From Salinibacter sp. (GTDB lineage Bacteria > Bacteroidota > Rhodothermia > Rhodothermales > Salinibacteraceae), in contig JBDGQN010000070.1 of the NCBI GenBank assembly GCA_042219055.1, positions 1 through 59,700 of the forward strand: DNA of 59,700 bases. Reading direction: 5' to 3'. Shown here piece after piece: positions 10,680-20,497 of the stretch (within the stretch, counting starts at the first letter, position 1; every line of letters starts with the position of its first letter). The notes below the pieces were generated by a model, which worked only from the letters and a program-made list of their open reading frames with translations, was not told where the DNA came from and made no database searches. The position numbers and the translations under genes are program-made.

Positions 10680-12368
10680 TTAGGTGACTGCGCCGTCCCC
10701 AGCCTCCGTTCGCGGTTGGTCCTTCGTCTCAGGGGCGTCGGGTTGGTTCCAGGCATACTCGTAGTTCGTCGGCGGATTGAGGTTTTCCTTGATCGCACGG
10801 GGCGACACCCACCGCATGAGATTGTAGGCCGACCCGGCCTTGTCGTTGGTTCCGGAGCGGCGAGCCCCTCCGAACGGCTGCTGGCCTACCACTGCGCCCG
10901 TCGGCTTGTCGTTGATGTAGAAGTTGCCGGCGGCCTGCTCAAGGACATCGCTTGCGAGCTTGATGGCCGACCGGTCGCGGGCAAAGATGGACCCCGTGAG
11001 GCCGTACGGCGAGGTTTCGTCCACCAGTTTCAGCGTGGAGGCGTACTCTTCGTCCGGGTACACGTATACGGTCGTCACCGGCCCAAAAATCTCTTCCCGC
11101 ATGGTCTTCTCCTTCGGGGCGTGGGCGCGAACGATCGTCGGCTCAATGAAGTAGCCGGTCGAGTCGTCGTAGCTTCCGCCGTAGACGATCTCGGCCTCAT
11201 CTGACTCGCGGGCGTGTTCGATGTACCCCACGATTTTGTCGTAGGCCCGTGCGTCAATGACGGCGTTGACAAAGTTGGTGAAGTCTTCCGGGGGCCCGAC
11301 GCTGATCTCGTCCAGTTGAGACGCAAGGGTCTCCTGGACGTTGGGCCAAATCGATTCGGGGATGTAAAGGCGGGACGAGGCGGAGCATTTCTGTCCCTGG
11401 TATTCGAACGCCCCCCGCACAACAGCCGTCGAGAGTTGATCAACGTTCGCTGTCCTGTGCGCGACGATAAAGTCTTTTCCTCCCGTCTCGCCGACGATGG
11501 TGGGGTACGTGCGGTACGTGTCCAGGTTGTTTCCAATACGGGACTGCAGGTGGTCGAACGTTTCGACCGAGCCGGTGAAGTGAAGCCCGGCGAAGTGTTC
11601 GGAGTCGATTGCAGGGGTTCCCACGGCCGCTCCGTCGTCCGCCGGGAGCATATTGATGACGCCGGGGGGCAGGCCGGCCTCCTCCAGGATCTTGTAGGTG
11701 AAGAACGCCGAGTAGACGGATCGGGAGGCAGGCTTCCATAGAACCGTGTTGCCCATGATGGCGGGCGCCGTGGGCAGGTTGCCCTGAATCGCTGTGAAGT
11801 TGAAGGGCGTGACTGCGAGGACGAATCCCTCGAGCGGCCGGTACTGCATCTTGTTCCAGATGCCCGGCGAGTCGTTGGGCTGATCGCGATAGATTTGCTC
11901 CGCGAAGTGAACGTTGAAGCGGAGGAAGTCAATGAGCTCGCAGGCGGCGTCGATTTCGGCCTGATGAATGCTCTTGCCCTGCCCGAGCATGGTCGCCGCG
12001 TTGAGAGTATCGCGGTAGGGGCCTGCAATCAAGTCGGCGGCGCGAAGGAAAATAGCGGCCCGGTCTGAAAAATCCATTGCGGCCCATTCGGCCTTGGCTT
12101 CCAGCGCTGCATCGATGGCCTGCTCCACCTCGTCGGTTCCGGACTGATGTACCCGTCCAAGGACATGCTGATGCTCGTGAGGGGGCACGACCTCCGAGGT
12201 GGATCCGGGGTATACGGGTTCCCCGCCGATAAACGCGGGGATTTCGATCATCTGATTTCGAAGTTCCTCCAGTCGGCGTTGCACGGACTGTCGCTCCTCG
12301 GAGCCGGGCTCGTAGGCAAGCGTTGGCTCGTTCTCAGGCGTAGGCGTCTCTGTATAGGCGTTGTTCAT
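10680..12368 (-). CDS. pruA: L-glutamate gamma-semialdehyde (P5C) dehydrogenase
   Basis: EIDAACELIDFLRFN, FTGS, GETGGKDF, FEYQGQKCSA, NDKPTGAVVGQQPFGG. Confidence 0.96.
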   Translation of the reverse strand: MNNAYTETPTPENEPTLAYEPGSEERQSVQRRLEELRNQMIEIPAFIGGEPVYPGSTSEVVPPHEHQHVLGRVHQSGTDEVEQAIDAALEAKAEWAAMDFSDRAAIFLRAADLIAGPYRDTLNAATMLGQGKSIHQAEIDAACELIDFLRFNVHFAEQIYRDQPNDSPGIWNKMQYRPLEGFVLAVTPFNFTAIQGNLPTAPAIMGNTVLWKPASRSVYSAFFTYKILEEAGLPPGVINMLPADDGAAVGTPAIDSEHFAGLHFTGSVETFDHLQSRIGNNLDTYRTYPTIVGETGGKDFIVAHRTANVDQLSTAVVRGAFEYQGQKCSASSRLYIPESIWPNVQETLASQLDEISVGPPEDFTNFVNAVIDARAYDKIVGYIEHARESDEAEIVYGGSYDDSTGYFIEPTIVRAHAPKEKTMREEIFGPVTTVYVYPDEEYASTLKLVDETSPYGLTGSIFARDRSAIKLASDVLEQAAGNFYINDKPTGAVVGQQPFGGARRSGTNDKAGSAYNLMRWVSPRAIKENLNPPTNYEYAWNQPDAPETKDQPRTEAGDGAVT

Positions 12369-12518
12369 GAGAGATGAGGGGGCAGCCGCCCATTTATGAT
12401 GGAGTAACTACGCAACAATGCCTATGAAACTACGCGTCGGCATTGTTGCTGTTCGTTCGAGGTATCCCGTGAGGACGGATCTTCTCCGTCGGGCGTTAGT
12501 CTAGTGGAGGAACCTTAG

Positions 12519-13811
12519 ATGGACTCTCATTCGCGAATCGTTTTCCTCGGGCCTCTATTCCCACCTGTGTCGTTTCGGTTCGAACAGTTCATGTCCCTTC
12601 GCTACCTGTGGGGGGCGGAGGGACAATCAGAAGGGCGAAGCTTCCTTCGTTTCATTACGTATGTGGCCATTGGGGGCGTTACGCTCGGCGTAGCGGCGCT
12701 TCTCCTTGCGTTGGCCATCGTCCGCGGATTTAGCCGGGAAATTGAGTCAAAGATTGTCGGCTTCGGGGCTCACATTCAGGTGATGAACTACGTCCGGGAC
12801 GAGCCCCTACAGCGGAGCGGAACCCTTCGTGCAGGACTGAACGAGATGAAGCGAATTTCCAGGGTATCTCCAGTCGTCGAGCAGCCCGTTCTTCTTCGGC
12901 ACACGGACGACGCCATTGACGGCGTGGTGCTGCTCGGCATGAATCGGATGCCCACCTATCTGAAGCAGCGGGTCGAGAATGGACAGTTTGATGTCCAGGC
13001 CTCGAACGGGCATCCCGGCCTCGTGGTAGGGAAAGAGCTTGCGACTCGTCTGGGACTGGAGGTCGGAGAACTTGTTACCACGTTCGCGCTTCAGCAAGGT
13101 GGCACGGAAGCAGCGGGCCTGCTGCGCCCTCGGATCAAGCAGTTCCGGGTCCGGGGCATCTACGATACATCACTGAAAAACATTGACGACGTCTACGTCT
13201 TTGGTAACCTTTCCACTGCCCGTTGGCTAGCGGGAATGTCACCGCGTTCTGTGACGCGGTTCAACGTAACGGTGCGGGATCCTACTCGGATCGACTCGCT
13301 TGCTGCCCAAATCGAAAACAAGTTCGGATTTCCAGTGGCCGCCCGGACGATTTATCAGCAGTACGCCGGGTTGTTTGCGTGGGTGGACCTGCAACAGAGC
13401 ATTATTCCGCTTGTGATCGGTGTGATTGTCATCGTTGCTGCCTTCAACATCATCGGCATTCTTTTGATGCTAATTTTGGAAAAAACACGCGAGATTGGCG
13501 TTCTGAAAAGTCTCGGGACCTCCGGTAGCACCCTCAAGCGTCTCTTTCTCTTCTTAGGCCTGTTGATTGGGGTGGTGGGTACGGGAATCGGCACAGTTTT
13601 AGCTCTCTCATTAGCTCTTGTGCAGAAACACTTTGGGGTTATTTCGCTCCCTGCGGAGGCGTACTACATGACAAAAGCACCGATTGGGCTCAATCCCTGG
13701 GACTTCGTTCTCGTGGGTGTTGTTACGATTGTTCTCTGTGGAGCCGCGGCGTACGTCCCCTCCCGGGTGGCCGCTCGAGTGGAACCCGTTCGGGCAATCC
13801 GGTTCGAGTGA
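12519..13811 (+). CDS. Lipoprotein-releasing ABC transporter permease (LolC/LolE family)
   Basis: TM1, MacB-type periplasmic domain, AAFNII...EKTREIGVLKSLG, C-terminal P+RAIRFE. Start may be 12567 instead. Confidence 0.92.
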   Translation: MDSHSRIVFLGPLFPPVSFRFEQFMSLRYLWGAEGQSEGRSFLRFITYVAIGGVTLGVAALLLALAIVRGFSREIESKIVGFGAHIQVMNYVRDEPLQRSGTLRAGLNEMKRISRVSPVVEQPVLLRHTDDAIDGVVLLGMNRMPTYLKQRVENGQFDVQASNGHPGLVVGKELATRLGLEVGELVTTFALQQGGTEAAGLLRPRIKQFRVRGIYDTSLKNIDDVYVFGNLSTARWLAGMSPRSVTRFNVTVRDPTRIDSLAAQIENKFGFPVAARTIYQQYAGLFAWVDLQQSIIPLVIGVIVIVAAFNIIGILLMLILEKTREIGVLKSLGTSGSTLKRLFLFLGLLIGVVGTGIGTVLALSLALVQKHFGVISLPAEAYYMTKAPIGLNPWDFVLVGVVTIVLCGAAAYVPSRVAARVEPVRAIRFE

Positions 13812-13866
13812 CAGACACTCTCGTTCTTCGTGCTCTTTTCGATTCTTGCTGACCAATTATTTTTCT

Positions 13867-14358
13867 ATGAGCAACACGAACTCTAGACAGTCCCCGACAG
13901 CCGGCGATGCCGCGCCCAATTTTACTCTGTACACGCACGACGAAAGACGGTGGCAGCTTTCCGACCATCAAGACCGGCCCGTAGTGCTTCTCTTTTTTCC
14001 TGGAGCCTTTACGAGTGTGTGCACGAACGAACTACATCGGGCGAACACTGAGATTGACGTCACAGATCAGGCTCACGTGGTGGGGATCTCGACGGACTCC
14101 CCGTTCGCCCTCTCGGCGTTTCGGGAGGAAGAGGGGTACGAGTTCCCACTCTTGAGCGATCACAACGCCGAGGTTGCGGCAATGTACGGATCCAAGTACG
14201 CCCAAGACTTTGCGGGGATGAACCTGGACCGGATTGCTAAGCGCTCGGCGTTCGTGATTGACCAGGAGGGCGTTATTCGGTACGCGGAAGTACTTGATAA
14301 TGCGGGACACCAGCCTGATTTTGCGGCCATTCAGAACACGATCCAAGAACTTCTTTAG
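13867..14358 (+). CDS. Peroxiredoxin (AhpC/TSA redoxin)
   Basis: LFFPGAFTSVCTNE, GISTDS, FPLLSD, RSAFVID. Confidence 0.92.
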   Translation: MSNTNSRQSPTAGDAAPNFTLYTHDERRWQLSDHQDRPVVLLFFPGAFTSVCTNELHRANTEIDVTDQAHVVGISTDSPFALSAFREEEGYEFPLLSDHNAEVAAMYGSKYAQDFAGMNLDRIAKRSAFVIDQEGVIRYAEVLDNAGHQPDFAAIQNTIQELL

Positions 14359-14524
14359 GGAATTGGGAAGAACTCTCTTGGCAGCTCCCGAAGTGCCGTT
14401 GGACTCCAAGAGCGCTTCCGAGGAAGAATCTGTTAGGAAGAGTGCAGTCGCATTATCGGCTCATTTGCTTCTGTTATTGAGAGACGAACTTTGCACTCGC
14501 GGTCGAGTCCTAGTACACTATTGA

Positions 14525-14821
14525 GAACCTGTTTGGCGAGATGCTTACGGCCACCCCGGGGAGTACTCGTGCTGCGGGCAGCATGACCTCGTTTTCTCGG
14601 CCCTCGCTGCGCTCTCAGCGCAGCATCTACTCGGTCACTCCGCTCCCAGCGCTGCGACTGCATGGATCTCGTGCAGCCTGGGAACTACTCGGTCACTGCG
14701 TTCCCAGCGCAAAATGGCTTCTGCACTCGCCCGGTAGTTCCACTACAGGGACTCGTTTGAGCGCCATTTTGCAACTTCGACCACTGTGTCTCGGCTTCGT
14801 ATTCGCTCACCAAACAGGTTC
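14525..14821. mobile_element. MITE (non-autonomous, IS5-like ends), 297 bp
   Basis: 16-bp terminal inverted repeats GAACCTGTTTGGCGAG / CTCACCAAACAGGTTC (1 mismatch), flanked by TGA direct repeats at 14522-14524 and 14822-14824; no transposase inside. Confidence 0.75.
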
Positions 14822-14977
14822 TGAAAGTCCAATCCGTCCCCGCTGCTCACGAGGACGGATTGATCCCTCGATGCTCCTCCCTGGCCTCGTCTCGCTTGTG
14901 AACGGCTGGAGGGCCTCGCCGGCGGGGGCCGGGGATGTCATCGAGTCATTACTGTCCCGCCACTCTTTCCCTGACCC

Positions 14978-15826
14978 GTGAGAGCCGCATATTTACAGTT
15001 TGCCCCTTCGTACCTGGACGTAGACGCGAACCTCGAAGCCGTTGACGAACAGATCGCTTCGGTGGACGCCGACCTCGTCGTCCTGCCCGAACTGTTTACG
15101 TCGGGGTACTTCTTTCGGTCTCGCGATCATCTCTCTTCCGTCACCGAGCCGATTCCCGGAGGGCGGACCACGGAGGCTCTGCGTGATTGGGCAGCGTCGA
15201 CCGGAGCCACCCTCGTCGCCGGTCTCGCGGAGGAAGAGGAGGGCCGCTTTTACAACAGCGCAGTCGTCGTCCGCCCTTCGGGATCTGTTTGGACGTACCG
15301 GAAGGTGCACCTCTTTTATGAGGAAACGACTCTCTTCGAGCCGGGCAACCTTGGATTCTTGGTGTCGGAGGAGAGTACGCGGGATGGAACCCGCTACCGG
15401 CTTGGGGTCATGATCTGTTTCGACTGGTATTTTCCGGAGGCTGCCCGTACGCTGGCCCTGAAGGGAGCCGATGTGATCGCTCACCCGTCCAACCTCGTGC
15501 TGCCGCACTGTCCCGACTCGATGCCGGTACGGGCCCGGGAAAATCACGTGTATACCGTAACGGCCAACCGGTATGGGGAGGAGGAGAAGGAGGGAGAGAC
15601 TCTCACCTTTATCGGAATGAGTGAGGTCTGCGACCCTTCGGGCTCTATACGACGTTGTGCAGACCGTGTGGGGGACGACGTGGGAAGTGTGGAGTTTGAT
15701 CCTAAGGAGGCCCGGGATCGTCGCCTTAATGAGCACAACGATGTGCTCGGCGATCGACGGCCGGACATGTACGTGTCTGAGGTCTCAACTTCGAATCAGC
15801 TCGACTCGTCGAGCACGTATTCTTGA
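14978..15826 (+). CDS. Nitrilase/carbon-nitrogen hydrolase family protein
   Basis: E-K-C triad: VLPELF, YRKVHLF, ICFDWYFPE. Confidence 0.93.
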   Translation: MRAAYLQFAPSYLDVDANLEAVDEQIASVDADLVVLPELFTSGYFFRSRDHLSSVTEPIPGGRTTEALRDWAASTGATLVAGLAEEEEGRFYNSAVVVRPSGSVWTYRKVHLFYEETTLFEPGNLGFLVSEESTRDGTRYRLGVMICFDWYFPEAARTLALKGADVIAHPSNLVLPHCPDSMPVRARENHVYTVTANRYGEEEKEGETLTFIGMSEVCDPSGSIRRCADRVGDDVGSVEFDPKEARDRRLNEHNDVLGDRRPDMYVSEVSTSNQLDSSSTYS

Positions 15827-16770
15827 AGGGCATCGTGAATTCGGGTCTTCGGGTCCGGGTGCGTGTTCGGGACGAACTCGTTCCCGGTCACTTTCTCGTA
15901 GAGTTCGACGTACCGCTTCGTGACCGTTACTCGAAACTCGTCGGGCAAATCAGGCATGTCTTGGCCGGCTTTTCCCTGGAACCCGTGGTCCATGAGCCAC
16001 TCGCGCACGAATTCTTTCGAAAGCTGGCGCTGCGGCTTGCCTGCACGAAGTCGCTCTTCATACCCATCTCGGTAGTAGTAGCGGGAGGAATCGGGGGTGT
16101 GCACCTCGTCGATTAAAAGGAGGTCTCCTTCCTGGGTGCGCCCAAACTCGTATTTCGTGTCAACGAGAATCAAGTCTTGCTCTGCTGCCATCTCGCTGCC
16201 CCGTCGAAACAGTGCCAGAGCCCAGTCGGCGAGTTGATCATATGTGGCTGCGTTAAGGTCTGTACTGGCAATGGCTTCCTCTCGGGTCACGTCCTGGTCG
16301 TGTCCCTCTTCGGCCTTTGTGGTAGGCGTGAGAATAGGCTCCGGAAGGTGCTCGCTTTCGCGTAGACCGTCGGGCAACTCCTGGCCGCACAACGTCCGCT
16401 TTCCTTTGTCGTATTCACGCCAGGCGTGTCCGGCCAGGCAGCCCCGCACGACGAACTCAATTGGAATGGGCGTGCATTCCTTCGCGACCGTTACGTTGGG
16501 GTCGGGAACCGAAAGAACGTGGTTGGGGACGAGGTCCTCGGTCGCGTTGAAGAAATACGCGGCCGTTTGGTTTAGGACTTGTCCCTTAAAGGGAATGGTT
16601 TGAGAAAGAACGTGGTCGAACGCGGAAATCCGGTCACTGGTGATCAGGATTCTCCGGTCGTTCTGACGATAATTGTCCCGAACTTTGCCCTCGTACCGGG
16701 TTCCGAGATCGGTGTACTCGGTCTTCTGCAGTGTGTGGTCAAGTTGGTCTTCAACAACCTGAGGGTTCAT
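15796..16770 (-). CDS. purC: Phosphoribosylaminoimidazole-succinocarboxamide (SAICAR) synthase
   Basis: YEGKVRDNY, SDRISAFD, ILVDTKYEFG, DEVHTPDSSRY, LSKEFVREWL. Confidence 0.96.
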   Translation of the reverse strand: MNPQVVEDQLDHTLQKTEYTDLGTRYEGKVRDNYRQNDRRILITSDRISAFDHVLSQTIPFKGQVLNQTAAYFFNATEDLVPNHVLSVPDPNVTVAKECTPIPIEFVVRGCLAGHAWREYDKGKRTLCGQELPDGLRESEHLPEPILTPTTKAEEGHDQDVTREEAIASTDLNAATYDQLADWALALFRRGSEMAAEQDLILVDTKYEFGRTQEGDLLLIDEVHTPDSSRYYYRDGYEERLRAGKPQRQLSKEFVREWLMDHGFQGKAGQDMPDLPDEFRVTVTKRYVELYEKVTGNEFVPNTHPDPKTRIHDALQEYVLDESS

Positions 16771-16935
16771 CGGGGAGGTGGGACAGTAGAGGGAGAGAGT
16801 GGGAACGAAGAGGGGATCGAATGCAGGCTGGAGGATGAATCAACAGGAACAGACTTCTGGGCGTCCTGTCGCGGAGTGGCCTACGCCCGAGTATTTCTTG
16901 CCGTACAGCTTTCGAGAGCGACATCCGCCCGGCGG

Positions 16936-17970
16936 TCACTGTGCCGGTATGCTCGATTTTCGGACATTTACCGTGGTCTCCACGAGGTGAGAGACCAATT
17001 GCTCGGGACCGCTCTGATTGAGACGGCTCAGGAGAACGTCCGTGGCATCGTGACCTACGTCGTACATGTTCTGCGCCACACTCGTGAGCCCAATGAAGCG
17101 GCTGACCTTGATGTCGTCATACCCAACGAACGCGAAATCGTCAGGGGCCTCCAAGCCTTCCTCTCTAAGGGCTTGCCATGCCCCAATAGCTTGGACATCA
17201 CTACTTGCGAAGGCCGCTTCCACGGGCTTATCCAAAGCAATGAGGTCTTGCATGGCCTCGTATCCGGATTCTTCACTGAACCCATCATGCTTCGAAGTGT
17301 GTCCGTGCACTACGAGGTCGGGATCGTAGTCGATCCCGGCGTCCTCGAGGGCCTGTCGATATCCGTTCATCCGTGCGTTGCGGATCCGATTTTCGTGAGG
17401 CGTAGTGATCATTCCGATTCGGGTATAGCCCTGGGCCAGAAGGTGTTCAACCCCAAGCTTAGCGCCGGCCTCGTCTTCCCAGTAAAAGCTGTCAAACCCG
17501 TCTGACGTCGATCCGACGAGGACGACGGGAACTCCAAGCATCTTCAGTTCCTCTGCCAGTTCCTCGTCAATTTCGACCCCCACCAGTAAGAGCCCGTCCA
17601 TGGCTCCGCCCTCTAGAAAGTGCCGGAGGGTCATTTTGGGGGCTTCCCACTCCAGGTCGCAGAGCAGAAGATCCACATCCTCGTCGTCGAGCTGGTCACG
17701 CACCCCTTTCAGAAGCTCATTGTGGAACGGAGTGGTAAAGGTTGGAACGGCTACCGAAATCGTCTGCGTGGAGTGCTGAGCGAGACTCTTCGCCGTCCGA
17801 TTCGGGCGAAACTGGAGTTCTTGGACTGCGTCGAGCACTCGCTCACGGGTGGCATCGGCCACGTCTTGCGAGTCGTTCAGAACTCGGGAAACGGTGGAGA
17901 TTGCTACGCCTGCATGATCGGCAACGTCGTAAATGGTTGCCTTCGATTGATTCTTTTCTTGGCTGGCCAT
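16936..17970 (-). CDS. LacI family transcriptional regulator
   Basis: TIYDVADHAGVAISTVSRVLN HTH plus periplasmic-binding-like domain (VGYDD). Confidence 0.95.
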   Translation of the reverse strand: MASQEKNQSKATIYDVADHAGVAISTVSRVLNDSQDVADATRERVLDAVQELQFRPNRTAKSLAQHSTQTISVAVPTFTTPFHNELLKGVRDQLDDEDVDLLLCDLEWEAPKMTLRHFLEGGAMDGLLLVGVEIDEELAEELKMLGVPVVLVGSTSDGFDSFYWEDEAGAKLGVEHLLAQGYTRIGMITTPHENRIRNARMNGYRQALEDAGIDYDPDLVVHGHTSKHDGFSEESGYEAMQDLIALDKPVEAAFASSDVQAIGAWQALREEGLEAPDDFAFVGYDDIKVSRFIGLTSVAQNMYDVGHDATDVLLSRLNQSGPEQLVSHLVETTVNVRKSSIPAQ

Positions 17971-18023
17971 GGCACGAGAGCGGGCTGTGAAAGTGGATGG
18001 GCCGTTGAGAGCAACTAGAACGA

Positions 18024-18860
18024 TTAGGCCTCTGAAATGGTCGGTTCGTGTTCTAGAGCTTTGAAGAAGGTAGAGCGCTGGAGTGAGGCGTCTTCGGGCT
18101 GAGCGGCTTTGAGAGCTTCCGAGACTCGCCCCTTTGCTTTTTGGAGGGCAGGCTCAGGGTTCAGTCCCTCCTGCAATGACTTCAGCACAGGAAGAAGGAG
18201 GCCGCTCGATGCACCGTGAAGCGACAGCCCAGTAAGATAAGGAGCCTCAAAAAGGGCGAATTCCTCTCCGTCAAAATACAAGTCGAGCGCATAGTCGGGA
18301 GGAGAGGTCTCGGTGTCGTAAAAGTGAGTGGGCAGTTTTCCACATCGAAGTAACACCTGGTGGGCTCCTTGTTGAGCAATGCGCTGGGCGGCCACCTGGG
18401 CATCGTCCAGGCTGGGAATCTCCATTCCAGCCAGAAGGGCGGCGTCAGTCAGTCGGAGAGTGACGAGATCCGGTTCGCTGAGGCGCTCGGTGATTGTTTC
18501 CAGTCCGTCTTGGCCCAGAACATCTTCTCCGCTGGGACCGCTAATTGTGAGGTCGAAGACAACCGGTCCGTCTAGTGTGGCTAGGTGGTCGAATACGCAG
18601 TCGATCGTCGGTTCTGCCCCAATGATGCCGATCTTCGCACTCGTCGGACTTTTCGTTTCGAAGACGTGTTCCAATTGAGCCGATACTGTGTCGGTAGGAA
18701 CGTTCAGCACGTCAGTAACCACGCCATCGCCGGCAACCACGTGGGTTGTGCAGATCGGACACGCTTCCCCTGACAAAGACTGAGTGGTCAGAAGGTCCGC
18801 CGTGAGCCCTCGGCTGATGCTGGGATATTGAGCTCCTATGACAAGTGGTTGAAAACGCAT
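18024..18860 (-). CDS. ThiD-like hydroxymethylpyrimidine/phosphomethylpyrimidine kinase family protein (divergent)
   Basis: GLTADL, AKIG and LHGAS resemble ThiD GIQADL, KIG and HGTGC, but are degenerate. Confidence 0.65.
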   Translation of the reverse strand: MRFQPLVIGAQYPSISRGLTADLLTTQSLSGEACPICTTHVVAGDGVVTDVLNVPTDTVSAQLEHVFETKSPTSAKIGIIGAEPTIDCVFDHLATLDGPVVFDLTISGPSGEDVLGQDGLETITERLSEPDLVTLRLTDAALLAGMEIPSLDDAQVAAQRIAQQGAHQVLLRCGKLPTHFYDTETSPPDYALDLYFDGEEFALFEAPYLTGLSLHGASSGLLLPVLKSLQEGLNPEPALQKAKGRVSEALKAAQPEDASLQRSTFFKALEHEPTISEA

Positions 18861-19101
18861 GCGATAGTGGTGAGAATCAACTAATTGTGTCTTGTTTCTC
18901 TTTGTAGGAACTATCTTGTAGAAAGCCTAACCGTCATTGCTTCGCAAGCGTTTGACGCTGGAGTGGCGCGAATCCTAACCAATTTGAAATCAACTGGGTC
19001 CCATCTGTAAAGACGCGGGCATCCGTCCCACCCATAAGTTCTGTTATTGCAGTTTAAGCCAAAAACCATGGCTCTCTTCAAAAACACAGAGCCAGTGGGA
19101 A

Positions 19102-20126
19102 TTGCGAGTGTTCCTTCCAAGAAACATCCAGGGAGAGGTGACGGAGGAAGCTCCGCCTCCAGCGCCCGACCAGGTGGGCATCCGTACGAAGTATTCTGCC
19201 ATCAGTCCGGGGACCGAGCGGCTAGTCTATCAGGGGCAGGCCCCACGCGGCCTTGCGGCTGATGCCTCGATCGATGCCCTGCAGGGGGAGGACCTTACCT
19301 TCCCGATTTCGTACGGTTACGCGTGTGCGGGAGTGGTTGATGAGGTGGGGGCTGAAGTGGACGCCGAGTGGCACGGTGCCCGTGTATTTGCCTTTCAGCC
19401 TCACGTCTCTCGTTTTGTCACGTCGCCCGAGTCTCTCGTTCGTGTGCCCGACTCCGTAAGTTGGTCGACGCAGTGATGATTCCTTCTCTAGAGACGGCCG
19501 TCAACCTCCTCATGGACGGGCGCCCTGTGATTGGGGAAAACGTTGTGGTCTTCGGTCAGGGCATCGTGGGGCTTCTCAGCGTTGGTCTCCTCTCCGACTT
19601 TCCGCTGGCAACACTGGTGGCCGTCGACCCGTCGGCCCCTCGACGCGCGATGTCGAAACGCCTCGGCGCGGACGCAGTCGTTTCGTCCCTCACACCCTCT
19701 ACTGAATCGACCGGCCCCACGGCACCGAGCAACGACATGTTTCAGCTCGATCCGGAGGGCGCCGACCTCGCCTACGAGTTGACGGGGCAGCCATCAGTGC
19801 TGAATGACGCCATTCGGCATACCGCTTTCGACGGCCGGATCGTAGTTGGCTCGTGGTACGGGAGCAAGCGTGCCCCCATTGATCTCGGGGGTCGCTTCCA
19901 TCGATCCCGAATGGAAATCATTTCGAGCCAGGTCAGCACGATTGACCCCTCTTACCGCGGTCGGTGGACGAAAGAACGGCGAATGGGCGTCGTTCTCGAT
20001 TGCCTTGACGAGGTCAAACCCGGCCGGCTTATTTCCGACCGGTTCGATCTTGAGGAGGCTCCTACCGTCCACGAGCACCTCGCCGGAGACCCCTCAATGC
20101 TGCAACCGATCTTCGTGTACGACTAA
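19102..20126 (+). pseudogene. Zinc-binding/MDR dehydrogenase, frameshifted and N-terminally eroded
   Basis: SAISPGTE...YGYA in frame 19102-19476 continues as DAVMIPSLETAVN...GQGIVG...VVGSWYG...FHRSR in frame 19368-20126. Adding one T at about 19461 joins the frames. Confidence 0.8.
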
Positions 20127-20170
20127 TCGTCGTTTCCCTATTGCTTATCACCGATCCCTCGCTCTGATTA

Positions 20171-20270
20171 ATGTACCAACTGATGGTTCGTCGGGACTTC
20201 TTGGCTCAATATTACCTGACTGTTCCGGATTGCGGCCCTGAGAACGAATGGCATTCCCACCCACCACCAT
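20171..20270 (+). pseudogene. 6-pyruvoyl-tetrahydropterin synthase (QueD-like) N-terminal fragment
   Basis: MYQLMVRRDFLAQYYLTVPDCGPENEWHSH matches the N-terminus of PTPS proteins that usually follow this dehydrogenase; similarity is lost after HSH. Confidence 0.7.
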
Positions 20271-20497
20271 ACGCTCGTCGACGTGACTCCGGAAAATATC
20301 GAGGAGGCAACCTCCTCGCTTCGGGAGTGGGCTCAGAATCGGGGGTACGACGTGTCCGGTCGGACTGAACAAACAGCGATTGTACCACGAAAGCATGTCG
20401 GGGGGGCAGGAGGGGAGGGACGGTGCCCGCAGTGGACGGAATCTGTTACAGCAGTTGTCCGAGCAGGGCGCTCGTCTACAGGAGGGAGAAGGCCGCG

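Noticed and set aside
14627-14710. Possible mini CRISPR array (26-bp repeats, 32-bp spacer)
   Set aside because: Only two good copies, located inside TIRs, with no cas genes or leader in the window.
14433-14981. Short ORFs in the peroxiredoxin-nitrilase gap
   Set aside because: They largely overlap the MITE and lack protein-like features.
15796-15826. 31-bp convergent overlap of nitrilase and purC
   Set aside because: Short 3' overlaps of convergent genes are common.
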